This document shows, in pieces, positions 47,417 through 58,111 of a stretch of 64,000 nucleotides of DNA. Both the position numbers and the translations under genes were made by a program. The notes beneath the pieces are model-generated. The model did not search any database, had not been told where the DNA came from, and worked only from the letters and a program-made list of their open reading frames with translations. This DNA comes from Candidatus Latescibacterota bacterium (GTDB lineage Bacteria > Latescibacterota > UBA2968 > GCA-2709665). The stretch's first letter is position 1; every line of letters begins with the position of its first letter. Location of the stretch: positions 4,096,001 to 4,160,000 of the forward strand of contig OZ241917.1 in the NCBI GenBank assembly GCA_965203805.1. The letters are read 5' to 3'.

Positions 47417-49378
47417 TCAGTCCACGTCATCCGTCTCCGAAAGATGCGCCTGCCGCGCCTCCTCGACCTTCTCGGGCGGGACGGGCCTGGAGAGCCCCAC
47501 GTAAAACGCCAGGTACCACATGACGAAGATCCCGAATACCAGCATCAGCAGTTGCCAGACCCATAGCGACGGCAGGCCGAACGGTCCCCACGTCGCCGGC
47601 ACGCTGGGATCGCCGAACAGCGTATTGCCCACAACGGCAAAGGGTCCGAACCCAACGAGGAACCAGACCACCGTGAGCAGCCAGGCCAATGGCACGTGTC
47701 TGCGCCGCTCCTTCGAAATCCCCGAAACGGCCTGCACGAAGCGGTGGTGGCTTTCCTTTTTCTCCCGGACATTGCCGGTTTCCGGCCACAGGCGGGAAAC
47801 CAGCACGGCGACAAGCATATTGAAGAAAATCCCCCAGCCCGCGCTGTGAATCGTAAACGGGTACGCGCCCCATGGGGCGTCGCTGACTGTGGAGGCGATG
47901 CGGTCCGGAAGGAACAGCTTTACAAATCCCATAATTACGGGAAGTGCCTCACTGACCGTACGGTCGGTAAGCGTAACGGCAACCAACCCTGCGACCAGCC
48001 CCCAGACGATGCCTTTCCGTGTGAAGAAGCGGAAATAGCACAGCCCCATAAGCGCAGGATACATCTGGAATCCGTAGGCCACGGCGAGCCCGCCCAGCAT
48101 CACGATGGCCTGCGTCGACTTTGCCGCCACGATCAGCGCCGCGAGCGTTACGACGATTACAAAAATGCGCCCGTAGAGCTTCTGCTTACTGTCGGATGCG
48201 TCGGGCGATATATATCGCCTGTAAAGGTCCCGGGTCACCATCCCGCTGAACGTGGACATATAGGCCGCCCCGGTGCTCTGCATGGCGCCCAGCGCACATA
48301 CAGCCAGCAATCCCACCAGCCAGGGGTAGGTGTCCGCCAGAAGGTTGATCAACTGGGGCACCAGTTTTGGCCGGGTCACCTCGTCGAAGACCCCGTTGGC
48401 CAGCAGCACGTTGCCGCCCAGTCCCTGGAAAATGGTGAAGGTGAACAGGATAATTCCGATGATCACCGAGGAGGCCACGACCTGCTGCCAGCGGAAGGGT
48501 TCACTGGTCCGGTTTGAGAACGCCCACATCGAAAAGGCGGGCGAAGACTGGATGCCCATCAGCGCGAACATATAGGTCATACACATCATACCCGTCCAGA
48601 CGCCGCCGACGGCCTTTGAGCCCTCGGAGACGATCTGAATCGAGCCGGGTAACGCCACGTAGTGGGAATGGCCGTCGGGTGTCAGCCCCTTTCCCGAAGC
48701 CAGGTCCTGGCGAACGAGGTTTCCCACGCCCTCGGTAAACGCCGTCCATCCGCCGGAAAACTGAATCGCAACGATACCCAGCGCGACGATCCCAAGCGCC
48801 AGAAGTATGCACTGCGCGCAATCCACGTATGCCACCGACCGAAGGCCTCCGGCGGCGACGTAGATCATCACGATGGCGGACAACGCGAACATCCCCACCT
48901 CGATACTCAGCATATTGTCCGAGAGCACGTTGAACAGGAACCCCGAGGCCCGGAGCTGGACGCCCAGGTACGGCACGCTGAACAGAAATGCCACGAGCAC
49001 GGTCAGCAGCCGGATCGTGTCGCCGCCGTAGTAGTGGGAATACATCTCGCCGGGGGTGATATGCTGAAACGCACGCCCGATGAGCCATTGCCGCCGGAGG
49101 AACAGCACGCCCGTAAACGGAATCGTCAGCGCATAGAAGGAAGCGAACGCATAGGGAAGGCCCGCTTCCAGAATCAGACCGGGGTGACCCACAAAGGTCC
49201 AGCCCGAAAAACTTGTGGCCGTGGCGGCGAGTACGAAGACCCAGATGCCGATACTCCGACCGGCCACGAAATAGTCCGCGGACGTTCGCGATCGCAGCGC
49301 ACCCCGAAACCCCCAGAAAAGACAATAGGCCCAGTACAGACCCACGAAGATCAGCAACCAGATCAGTTTGGCTTCCAA
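47417..49378 (-). CDS. Sodium:solute symporter family transporter
   Basis: DYFVAGRS, ATSFSGWTFVG, GGLRSVAYVD, GAMQST, many TM helices. TTG start 49378 with GGAGGG RBS. Confidence 0.92.
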   Translation of the reverse strand: MEAKLIWLLIFVGLYWAYCLFWGFRGALRSRTSADYFVAGRSIGIWVFVLAATATSFSGWTFVGHPGLILEAGLPYAFASFYALTIPFTGVLFLRRQWLIGRAFQHITPGEMYSHYYGGDTIRLLTVLVAFLFSVPYLGVQLRASGFLFNVLSDNMLSIEVGMFALSAIVMIYVAAGGLRSVAYVDCAQCILLALGIVALGIVAIQFSGGWTAFTEGVGNLVRQDLASGKGLTPDGHSHYVALPGSIQIVSEGSKAVGGVWTGMMCMTYMFALMGIQSSPAFSMWAFSNRTSEPFRWQQVVASSVIIGIILFTFTIFQGLGGNVLLANGVFDEVTRPKLVPQLINLLADTYPWLVGLLAVCALGAMQSTGAAYMSTFSGMVTRDLYRRYISPDASDSKQKLYGRIFVIVVTLAALIVAAKSTQAIVMLGGLAVAYGFQMYPALMGLCYFRFFTRKGIVWGLVAGLVAVTLTDRTVSEALPVIMGFVKLFLPDRIASTVSDAPWGAYPFTIHSAGWGIFFNMLVAVLVSRLWPETGNVREKKESHHRFVQAVSGISKERRRHVPLAWLLTVVWFLVGFGPFAVVGNTLFGDPSVPATWGPFGLPSLWVWQLLMLVFGIFVMWYLAFYVGLSRPVPPEKVEEARQAHLSETDDVD

Positions 49379-49824
49379 AACGTCGGTCCCTCCGGTGGGA
49401 TTGATGAAACGTGGACATCCGGCCCGGCAAGGTATGAACAGAGGCCATGAGACGCAACGATTATTACCAGGAGCAGTAAATAGTGGCCAGTGGTCAGAAA
49501 GAGCAGTTGTCAGCTTCCGTTTATTTTCATGAATTGCAAATAGTCGACGTCCAGGCCCACCAAAGAAGAGTGGGAGGATGTAAACAATACGGTGCTCCCC
49601 GTAATAAATGACGGAATGCAACTCGCTGAGGCCGGCTCCGCGGACCTTCCGCGGGACCCGAAATTCCATTTTTAGTTTGACAAGATGCGCATATTTTCGT
49701 ATGGAAAGTTGCAGGACCGCGCACTGTACGCACTCGTCGGGTGTGATCACGAAACGCGGTTAATCCTGCAATTCCGGCGCGGCGCTTTCTGAAGCGCCGG
49801 GTTGAACGATCCAGCCACATCGAT

Positions 49825-51348
49825 ATGTCTATTTCGCGAAAAGGACTGATGCCGGCTATCGTCGGCTTTCTCGTCTCCGCCTGCACCCTGGCGCCGCGTT
49901 CGACGCCTGTCGTTTCCGAATCCGTTGCGGAACTCACCGATAGATCCGCCGGAGGCGACGTTGCCGGTTCAATCGAACGGCGCGAGTGGTGGAAAACGTT
50001 CGCCGACCCGGCCCTCAACCGGGTTGTCGAAGGAGTACTGGCGTCCAACTTCGATCTTGCAGGCGCGGTCGCACGGGTCGATCAGGCCAGGGCGCGGGCA
50101 CGCATCGCCAGGGCGCCGTTGTTTCCAACCCTTCAGCCATCGGCCGGCGTCAACGAATTCGATGCGCCCACCAATGCGGGTATCGGCGCGCAACTGGACG
50201 AATTGGGACTGGGTTCCAGCGCGTCCGGAATTGTCCTCCCCGATCGACTCGGCCTTACGACGTACACTGCCGCCGTGGAATTCGCCTACGAAGTGGACTT
50301 CTGGGGCCGGAACCGGAACGACGGTCTTGCCGCGGGAGCCGAACGCCTGGCCTCGGAGTCGGATTATCTGACGGCCCGTATGGGCGTGCTGGCCGAAACG
50401 GTGCGGACCTATCTCGAGATTGTCAACCTGCGCCACCAGAGGCGATTGACCGGTGAAATCACAGAGGTGCACGGGCAACGGGAGTCGCTGGCCGCGTCCC
50501 GTTACAACCGCGGGTTGATCGATGCCAGCGGCCTCCACCGGGCGCGGCAGGAAGCGCGCAACGCCCAGGCGGAACTGCCGCAGATCGAAGCTCTGCTGGC
50601 CGACGCGGAGGGGCGGCTCCGCGTGCTTATGGGAGACCACCGCGCGGATCTCGCGCGCATGCTGCCCGATTCCCTTGCACAGTCCAGCGCCCTGCAACCG
50701 GTTCCACCGGGCATCCCGACCCGTCTCCTGGCGCAGCGCCCGGACGTGATCGCTGCAAAGCAACGGATGGAAGCGGCCCGGTACCAGGTTGGCGCCCGTC
50801 GCGCGGACTTGGCGCCAAGACTCTCCCTGCACGGTTCCATCGGGCTGCAGAGTACGGAATCGAGCGAGTGGTTCAACCCGGAACAATGGTTCCGGAACCT
50901 GAGCATGAACCTTCTCGGACCCGTATTCCAGGGCGGGCGGCTGCGCGGCAACGTTGCGCTGGCCCAGGCGGGATTGAAAGCAGCGGTCGCGGCCTACGGG
51001 AGATCCGTGGTTACCGCGGCCAACGAGATTGAAGCCGCCCTTGCGGGGCTGGCCGCCAGCCGCCGCCGCCATTCGCTGCTGGCCTCGCTGTCGAAAACGG
51101 CGCTTGCAGAAAAAGAACTGCAGGAGCAACGGTACGTTTCGGGTGTGGTTGACTACGAGGTGCTCCTGACGGCGACGCAGACCCGGTTGGCAGCGGAATC
51201 ATTACTTGCCGCGGCAAAGCGCGACCTGGGCTACGCCCGCCTTGCGCTTCATCGCGCGCTGGGAGGCGCGTGGACCGCCGGCGACCTTCAGGCCCGCCGC
51301 CGGCAGCCGCCGAACCAGCGAATCCTCTCCCGACCTCCAACGGAGTAG
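49825..51348 (+). CDS. RND efflux outer-membrane lipoprotein (NodT/OprM/TolC family)
   Basis: Lipobox VSAC, WWKTFADPAL, YEVDFWGR, LAQRPDV, LHRALGGAW. Confidence 0.93.
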   Translation: MSISRKGLMPAIVGFLVSACTLAPRSTPVVSESVAELTDRSAGGDVAGSIERREWWKTFADPALNRVVEGVLASNFDLAGAVARVDQARARARIARAPLFPTLQPSAGVNEFDAPTNAGIGAQLDELGLGSSASGIVLPDRLGLTTYTAAVEFAYEVDFWGRNRNDGLAAGAERLASESDYLTARMGVLAETVRTYLEIVNLRHQRRLTGEITEVHGQRESLAASRYNRGLIDASGLHRARQEARNAQAELPQIEALLADAEGRLRVLMGDHRADLARMLPDSLAQSSALQPVPPGIPTRLLAQRPDVIAAKQRMEAARYQVGARRADLAPRLSLHGSIGLQSTESSEWFNPEQWFRNLSMNLLGPVFQGGRLRGNVALAQAGLKAAVAAYGRSVVTAANEIEAALAGLAASRRRHSLLASLSKTALAEKELQEQRYVSGVVDYEVLLTATQTRLAAESLLAAAKRDLGYARLALHRALGGAWTAGDLQARRRQPPNQRILSRPPTE

Positions 51349-51354
51349 ATTGCC

Positions 51355-52566
51355 ATGTCCCGCAAGTCCAGTGCTTTAGCTGCCGGCGCGATTGTCGTGG
51401 TCTCCGTGGCTCTGGCCGCGCTGCTGATTTCGCTGGCGCCCGAACCCACCCGGATCGAACAGCCTCCCCAGGTGCCTTTCGTGCAGACGGGACCGGTTTC
51501 AGCCGGGTCCGGATCCATTCCGGTTTTCGGATCCGGTACGGTGAGGCCAGGCGCGGAGGTCGCTGTCGTCCCCCAGGTGGGCGGCAGGGTTGTCTGGGTG
51601 GATCCGGGATTCAAGAGCGGAGGAAGGGTCAGGGCGAGCCAGACGGTTTTTCGTATCGAAGAGGTCCATTACCGGTTTCGGGTGCTGGAAGCGGAGGCCA
51701 CTGTCGCGGCCAGCCGTGCGGCCTTTCTCAGGGAGCAGGAGCAGGCATCCATCGCACGCTCGCAGTTCGAACTCTACGCCGCGCCGCGGGGAGATGAGAC
51801 GCCTCCGGCCGATGCGAATCCGCTCGCGCTCAGGGAACCTCAGTTGAACGCGGCGCGGGCGGCGCTGAGCCGCGACGAGGCGAGGCTTGCCGATGCCAGA
51901 CTCGCCCTTTCGAAGACACGGATTACCGCGCCTTTCAATGGCCTTGTCCGCGATGAGTCCGTTAACGTGGGACAGGTCGTGAGCCCGGGCCAGCCGGTGG
52001 GCCGGCTGATCGCTTCGGACGCGGCGGAAGTGGTCGTTCCACTGTCCGATTCCGACGCCGCCATGATCCCGGGACTCTGGGATCTGAATGCGGGAGACGG
52101 TAAACGTGACGTGTCAGCACGGGTGATCGCACGGTACGGCGAGGCCCGGTATGCCTGGCAGGGGTACGTGGACCGGGCCGAGGCATCCCTCGACGAGCAG
52201 ACGCGCACCATCGATGTGATCGTACGCGTACCGGATCCGCTTACGGCAGGCGCCCCGACGGACGGGAACGCCAGTCCCGGCAGCAGTCCACCGCTTCTGG
52301 TGGGCGAATTTGTCGAGGTGGAAATAGAAGGGCTGGTTTTGGAACGCTATTTCAAGGTGCCGCGGGCGTCGCTGAAACCCGGCAACGAGGTCTGGATGGT
52401 GAAAGCCGGCGTTGTGAAGCTTGTTCCGGTTCGCGTATTGCAGCGCGCCGACGATAAAGTGTTCGTGACGGGTTCGCTCGAACACGGTCTGGCGGTGATC
52501 ACGGGCGGAGTTCAGTTCGCCACGGAGGGAATGCCCGTCCAGACGGAAACTGACGGGTCGCCATGA
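51355..52566 (+). CDS. RND efflux periplasmic adaptor (MFP)
   Basis: N-terminal TM, PQVGGRV, TRITAPFNG, LDEQTRT. Confidence 0.93.
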   Translation: MSRKSSALAAGAIVVVSVALAALLISLAPEPTRIEQPPQVPFVQTGPVSAGSGSIPVFGSGTVRPGAEVAVVPQVGGRVVWVDPGFKSGGRVRASQTVFRIEEVHYRFRVLEAEATVAASRAAFLREQEQASIARSQFELYAAPRGDETPPADANPLALREPQLNAARAALSRDEARLADARLALSKTRITAPFNGLVRDESVNVGQVVSPGQPVGRLIASDAAEVVVPLSDSDAAMIPGLWDLNAGDGKRDVSARVIARYGEARYAWQGYVDRAEASLDEQTRTIDVIVRVPDPLTAGAPTDGNASPGSSPPLLVGEFVEVEIEGLVLERYFKVPRASLKPGNEVWMVKAGVVKLVPVRVLQRADDKVFVTGSLEHGLAVITGGVQFATEGMPVQTETDGSP

Positions 52567-55500
52567 GTCCGAACGGGAACAACCACGGGGAACGGCCGGG
52601 GCCGATCGCCTACATGGCCGAAAACGGCATCGCGGCCAATCTGCTGATGTGGGTTATTATCGCGTTCGGGCTGGTGTCGCTGACCGGCCTGGAGCGGGAG
52701 GCGTGGCCCACGGTTCCGTTTTACCATATTGAAGTCTCGATGGCCTATCCCGGCGCCACGCCGGAGGAGGTGGAGGAGTCGATCGTTGTCAAGATCGAGG
52801 ACCGGGTCAGCGGTCTGGACGACGTAAAGGCGGTCAAGTCCGTGGCGGCGCCGGGCATCGCGTCCGTCAGGATTCAGATGGATTCCGGAACGGACATGGC
52901 CCGGGCCCTGGACGATATCGAGTCCGCGGTCAATCGCATTCAGACGTTCCCGGGCGGCGCCGAACGTCCCCTCTTCTGGGAAATGACCAACCGCCAGAGT
53001 ATGATGCGGCTCATTGTCTACGGCGATGTATCGGAGCGCTCTCTGAAGGAACTGGCCTACCAGATCGAGGACGAACTCAAGACGCTTGCCTCCGTGTCCC
53101 AGGTGGAGGTCAGCGGCGTCAGGAATTACGAAATCTCCATCGAAATTCCGCTTCATCGACTGAGGGCTCTCGGACTTACGCTCAACGACATTGCCGACAC
53201 GATTCGCCGCAGTTCCCTGGACCTGTCGGCCGGAAGCATCAATACCCGGGAATCCCAGGTGCGTGTCCGGACCCTGGGCCAGAACTACAACCAGCAGGAC
53301 TTCGAAGACATCGTCCTGCTCAGCAACAGCGACGGAACGGTCCTGCGCGTTGGCGATATCGCCGACGTCCGCGACGGTTTTCAGGAAGCCGACCTGATCG
53401 TCCGACACCAGAACCAGCCCGCTGTATTCGTGGAGGTGTACCGGGCTGACGGCGAGCACGTAATGGATGTGGCCACGGCCGTGCGGGAGCACCTGGCGAA
53501 CGAGGTAATTCCGTCTCTGCCCGGCGGCGTGGGCGTTACCATCTGGAACGACGAGTCCCAGGACTTCAAGGAACGCACCGAGATTCTCATCAAGAACGGT
53601 ATCCTGGGCCTTCTTCTGGTGCTGGTCTCACTCAGCCTTTTTCTCCAGATCCGGCTGGCGATGTGGGTCGCCGTGGGTCTCGCCGTGTCGGGTATCGGCG
53701 CCATGGCGGCCATGCTTGTCCTGGACGTCGCGATCAACGCTCAGAGCCTGTTCTCATTCGTCCTCGCCATAGGTATTGTCGTCGACGATGCGATCGTCGT
53801 GTCCGAACTCATCGAGAAAGAACGCAAGCGGGGCACCCCCGGAGTCCAGGCTGCAATCCGCGGCGCCCGCAGAATAAAAGTACCGTTGATATTCGCGGTT
53901 CTCACCACGGTTGCCGCCTTCGTCCCGCTCCTGTTCATCCCCGGCGGCGTCGGTGAGTCCTGGCGGGCGCTGCCGATCATCATGATTGCCATCCTCCTGT
54001 TTTCCCTTGTCGAATCGCTGCTAATTCTTCCCAACCACCTCTCCCATATGCACGGTCCCGAATGGACGCCGAAAAACGCCTTCGATCGGTTATTCGCGCG
54101 GGTCCAGGGTCATGTCGACGTGCTGCTGAACCGGTTCGTGCAGGGACCCCTGGACAGGGCATTGCGGTTCGCGGCGGACCAGCCATGGGTGACCATGGCG
54201 GGAGCGGTGGGATTGCTCGTACTGTGTTTCGCTCTGGTGGGCGCGGGTATCATCTCGACGACGTTGGCGGCTGAGGTCGAGGGGGATTTCGCAACCGTGA
54301 CTCTGGAGATGCCCGACGGGACGACCGCCGCGAGGACTTACGAGGTGGCCCGGGAACTGGAGGCGGCCGGGCACCGGGTCATCGAACGACTCTCTCGCGA
54401 GCGACCCGCGGACGCGCCTCCGCTGCTTGCCGGCGTGATCGTGACGGTCGGCCAGCGGCCGCGGGTCCAGGGCGGAGGGCTGAACCCGGCGCCAACCCTG
54501 AATCCGGAAGCCAATGTCGCCACCGTCGAATTCAGACTATTGAGCGCTCAGCAACGGCAGGTCTCCACCGTTGATTTCGTTCAGGCCTGGCGCGAGGAAG
54601 TGGGGGTATTGCCCTACGTGAGGGGTATCACTTACAGCGGGGAGGTCATCGACTTCGGCAACCCCGTGGAGGCCGTCCTGTCCCATCCGAATCCGGAGCG
54701 CCTCGTCCGGGTCGCAGGGACGGTGGTCGACGGACTCCGCGGCATTGGGGGCGTCCACGACGTACGATCGGATCACGCGCCGGGTGTCCCGGAGGTTCAA
54801 CTCGAGTTGCGGCCCGAAGCGCAGACGCTCGGTCTCACGCTTGATGCATTGGCCGGCCAGGCGCGCGCCGCGTTTTTCGGAGCGGAAGCCGTCCGGATTC
54901 AGCGCGGGCGCGAGGAAGTCCGTGCCTACGTGCGGCTGCCCGAAGATGAGCGGAATTCCATTACCGATATCGAAGGGTACCTGATCCGGACGCCTAACGG
55001 TGCGGAGATTCCGGTAACCGGCGTTGCCGCGATGAAATCGGGCATGTCGCCGCCGGCCATTCGACGGAAGGACGGCCAGCGCGTGGTCACGGTTACTGCC
55101 GACGTGGACGCGGCGGTGATTTCCGGGGATGAAGCCAACGACATCCTGGCCAACTCGATTCTCGCGGACCTGACTGCCGCAGACCCGGACCTGACCTACA
55201 CGTTCGGGGGCGAGCAACAACAGCAGCTCGAGTCTCTCGATGCGCTGTTTCGCGGGTTCGCAATTGCGTTGATGATGATCTTCGTGCTGCTCGCCATTCC
55301 CCTGCGCTCCTACACCAAACCGTTCATTATTATGGCCGTCATCCCCTTCGGCCTGATTGGCGTGATCCTGGGTCACTGGGTCCTGGGGTTGGCCCTGAGC
55401 GCGGTATCGTTCATGGGTGTCTTCGGCCTGAGCGGCGTGGTTGTGAACGATTCCCTGGTGATGATCGATTTCATCGATCAGAAACTCAATGAAGGCGCCC

Positions 55501-55739
55501 CGGTGCGAACCGCGATCATCGAAGGCGCAAAGGGGCGTTTTCGTCCGATTATGCTCACTTCCCTTACGACTTTCCTCGGCTTTTTCCCCCTCATTCTGGA
55601 ACGCGCCATTCAGGCCCAGTTCCTCGTCCCCTTCGCAGCGTCGCTCGGTTTCGGCATCGTCATCGCCACGTCAATCCTGCTGATGGTCGTTCCCGCGCTC
55701 TACGCGATCCGTTTGCATCTGGTTCCCGTGCGGGATTGA
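52563..55739 (+). CDS. RND efflux permease (AcrB/AcrD/AcrF family)
   Basis: YPGATPEEVE, GIVVDDAIVV, GVVVNDS, RFRPIMLTSLTT. ATGA overlap with the MFP. Confidence 0.95.
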   Translation: MSPNGNNHGERPGPIAYMAENGIAANLLMWVIIAFGLVSLTGLEREAWPTVPFYHIEVSMAYPGATPEEVEESIVVKIEDRVSGLDDVKAVKSVAAPGIASVRIQMDSGTDMARALDDIESAVNRIQTFPGGAERPLFWEMTNRQSMMRLIVYGDVSERSLKELAYQIEDELKTLASVSQVEVSGVRNYEISIEIPLHRLRALGLTLNDIADTIRRSSLDLSAGSINTRESQVRVRTLGQNYNQQDFEDIVLLSNSDGTVLRVGDIADVRDGFQEADLIVRHQNQPAVFVEVYRADGEHVMDVATAVREHLANEVIPSLPGGVGVTIWNDESQDFKERTEILIKNGILGLLLVLVSLSLFLQIRLAMWVAVGLAVSGIGAMAAMLVLDVAINAQSLFSFVLAIGIVVDDAIVVSELIEKERKRGTPGVQAAIRGARRIKVPLIFAVLTTVAAFVPLLFIPGGVGESWRALPIIMIAILLFSLVESLLILPNHLSHMHGPEWTPKNAFDRLFARVQGHVDVLLNRFVQGPLDRALRFAADQPWVTMAGAVGLLVLCFALVGAGIISTTLAAEVEGDFATVTLEMPDGTTAARTYEVARELEAAGHRVIERLSRERPADAPPLLAGVIVTVGQRPRVQGGGLNPAPTLNPEANVATVEFRLLSAQQRQVSTVDFVQAWREEVGVLPYVRGITYSGEVIDFGNPVEAVLSHPNPERLVRVAGTVVDGLRGIGGVHDVRSDHAPGVPEVQLELRPEAQTLGLTLDALAGQARAAFFGAEAVRIQRGREEVRAYVRLPEDERNSITDIEGYLIRTPNGAEIPVTGVAAMKSGMSPPAIRRKDGQRVVTVTADVDAAVISGDEANDILANSILADLTAADPDLTYTFGGEQQQQLESLDALFRGFAIALMMIFVLLAIPLRSYTKPFIIMAVIPFGLIGVILGHWVLGLALSAVSFMGVFGLSGVVVNDSLVMIDFIDQKLNEGAPVRTAIIEGAKGRFRPIMLTSLTTFLGFFPLILERAIQAQFLVPFAASLGFGIVIATSILLMVVPALYAIRLHLVPVRD

Positions 55740-55914
55740 GCGAAATCCGCGCAAGTGTGGCGTTTTGAAGGGCAACCCTTGTGGTTGTCCGCCTTTGACG
55801 TTGTTTTTATTACGATTTAGACTTGCCCGATCAAGGCTCATCGTTATATTTGTTAGAGGCGTATCAAGGGAAATTGCAGTGCGGTATCGAGACTATACCG
55901 GGGGGCGAAGGCCG

Positions 55915-57942
55915 ATGGCTGTCAAGAGTGGGGAGCAGGCGACCGAAACGCTGTGTTTGCACGATGAACTCATCCTGATGCTCCTCAACGAGGAGAACGG
56001 CTACTTTCATCAGGTACCCGGGTGGGATCTGAACTGCGCCGTCGTCGGCGCGGTACTCGCGGACCTCTCTCTGCGGTCGCGAATCGACACGGACATGGCA
56101 TCGCTGTTTCTTGTGGACCCCACGGAAACTGGCGATCCCGCCCTGGATCCCATTCTGAAGGAAATCGCAGACGAGCCGGCTCAACACAACACCCAGTACT
56201 GGATTGAACGGCTGGCGCCCCATGCCGAGGCAGTCATTGATTACACGCTGGACCACCTGGTCGATCTCAAGATCCTTGAACACCACGACGGCGATTTCTG
56301 GACGGTGTCACATACGGTCTGGCAGTCAGAATTTTACGGCGACTACCAGGAAGGCACCGCAGGCCAGTTCATCAAGACGCGTATCAGCAGGGCCATCTTC
56401 TCGAACGAAATTCCCGATCCGAGAGACGTCATAATCATCTGCCTCGTCAACACGTGCGACGTCTTTCGCTTCATATTCCAGCTCGACGAAAAGGCGGAGG
56501 CTCGCATCGAGGCCATCTGCAGGATGGACCTGATCGGCCGGTCCATCGCCGCTGCGGTTGCCCATAACCTGGCCGGACCGCTGCTGCGCCGTTCCACCCT
56601 GACCAAGCACATTCCGCGTGTAACGCTGCGCGACGTCGTGTTCAGTCGCCATGTCCGAAGCGGCAACATACCCGCGCTTCTGGCAGATCTCACACAGAAG
56701 TACGGCCCGGTTTTCGAGATGCGTCTGCCGTTTGCGAAACCCATGGTCTTCCTTTCCGGGCCAGAGCCGAACCGATGGGTGCATCGGCACGGGCGAATGT
56801 ATCTAAGATCCAGGGACTATTTCGCCGACTTCGAGAAAATCTATGGCGCGTCCGGCGTGTTGCCCTCCCTGGACGGCGCCGATCATTTCCGGCTTCGCAA
56901 AGCTTTGTCGCCTGCTTATTCAAGAGCGAGACTGGTTGCGCAACTGGACAAGCTCTACCATTATGCTCGCAACTACATGGCGGATTGGTCGGTTGGCGAC
57001 GCGTACCCTGCAACGCCTACGTGCCGGCGGATGATCAACGCGCAGATCTCACCTCTGTCCGTGACGGTGGATACGCAGGATATCATCGACGATCTGATCG
57101 AGTACAAAGAGCGCGCGCTCAGCACCCACATCATCGGGGCCCTGCCCAAATTCCTGCTGAACACACCGGGAATGAAACGACGGGCGAAAGGCGTGGACAC
57201 CTTGCTGGAACGGATCCAGGGTGTCCATACGCCCGCCCAGCGGGCCGGTTGCCCGCGAAATCTTGCCGATGACCTGTTGAGTCTGAACGCGAGCGATCCA
57301 CAGGTCGTACCCGAGTCGAATCTGCGTTTCGCTCTGTCAGCGGCGCTGATTGCCAGCGTGTATCTTGGCGATGCGTTCAGCTTTGCGTTGTACGCCATGG
57401 CGTCACAGCCTCCACTTTACGAGAAGATCCGGAGTGAGGCCGACGCCCTGTTTGAGAACGGAGACCCCGATGGCGAAGACTTCACGCCATCCGCGATCGA
57501 CGTCACTCACCGCTTCCTCATGGAGTGCCTGCGGATGTATCCCATTGTCCCCCTGTCCATGCGAAACGTGATGAATACGTGCGTGGTCGAGGGTTACGAG
57601 ATACCTGTGGGGACACGGGTCTACATTGCGCAGACAGCCCCGCATTACATGGATGACGTCTTCCCTGACCCCTTCACGTTCGATATCGACCGGTATCAGG
57701 CGCCTCGAAACGAGCACCGCAGTCCCGGATACGCGCCGTTCGGGCTGGGCACGCATACGTGTCTCGGCTCCAGGTGGCTGGAGTTGCAGCTGGCCGCCAA
57801 CGTGCTGATGGTGGCGCACTACTTTACGATCGAGGTGTCCCCGGCGAACTATATGCTCAAATTCAGCCCGATACCTTCGATGAAACCGAGCAAGAAGCTG
57901 AAGTTTCACGTTGCCGAGAAAAGGCGCGAACTTCCCGTCTGA
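55915..57942 (+). CDS. GPP34/GOLPH3-like domain fused to cytochrome P450
   Basis: N-terminus LHDELILMLL..GAVLADLSLRSRID..TGDPALD. P450 motifs LDGADHFRLRK, ECLR (ExxR), FDIDRY, PFGLGTHTCLG (heme Cys). Confidence 0.85.
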   Translation: MAVKSGEQATETLCLHDELILMLLNEENGYFHQVPGWDLNCAVVGAVLADLSLRSRIDTDMASLFLVDPTETGDPALDPILKEIADEPAQHNTQYWIERLAPHAEAVIDYTLDHLVDLKILEHHDGDFWTVSHTVWQSEFYGDYQEGTAGQFIKTRISRAIFSNEIPDPRDVIIICLVNTCDVFRFIFQLDEKAEARIEAICRMDLIGRSIAAAVAHNLAGPLLRRSTLTKHIPRVTLRDVVFSRHVRSGNIPALLADLTQKYGPVFEMRLPFAKPMVFLSGPEPNRWVHRHGRMYLRSRDYFADFEKIYGASGVLPSLDGADHFRLRKALSPAYSRARLVAQLDKLYHYARNYMADWSVGDAYPATPTCRRMINAQISPLSVTVDTQDIIDDLIEYKERALSTHIIGALPKFLLNTPGMKRRAKGVDTLLERIQGVHTPAQRAGCPRNLADDLLSLNASDPQVVPESNLRFALSAALIASVYLGDAFSFALYAMASQPPLYEKIRSEADALFENGDPDGEDFTPSAIDVTHRFLMECLRMYPIVPLSMRNVMNTCVVEGYEIPVGTRVYIAQTAPHYMDDVFPDPFTFDIDRYQAPRNEHRSPGYAPFGLGTHTCLGSRWLELQLAANVLMVAHYFTIEVSPANYMLKFSPIPSMKPSKKLKFHVAEKRRELPV

Positions 57943-58017
57943 CGTGCCGTGGCGACGGGGGGGTTGAAAAAACGTCTCCCGAACTTTCGGTCCGCCCGGG
58001 AATGTGTTTTCAACAGG

Positions 58018-58051
58018 AGCCTGTCGGAAAACCTCTGACAGGCTTCTTTTT
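58018..58051 (+). terminator. Rho-independent terminator after the P450 fusion
   Basis: AGCCTGTCGGA / TCTGACAGGCT stem followed by TCTTTTT. Confidence 0.7.
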
Positions 58052-58111
58052 AGTTTTATCGGGGAGCAACCTGTAGTCTACATCCTCATCGCGCAAAGAT
58101 AAGGGGTACCT

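Noticed and set aside
49379-49750. 124-aa N-terminal extension of the SSS transporter in the ORF track
   Set aside because: Not protein-like and spans the divergent promoter region; a TTG with a GGAGGG RBS at 49378 fits better.
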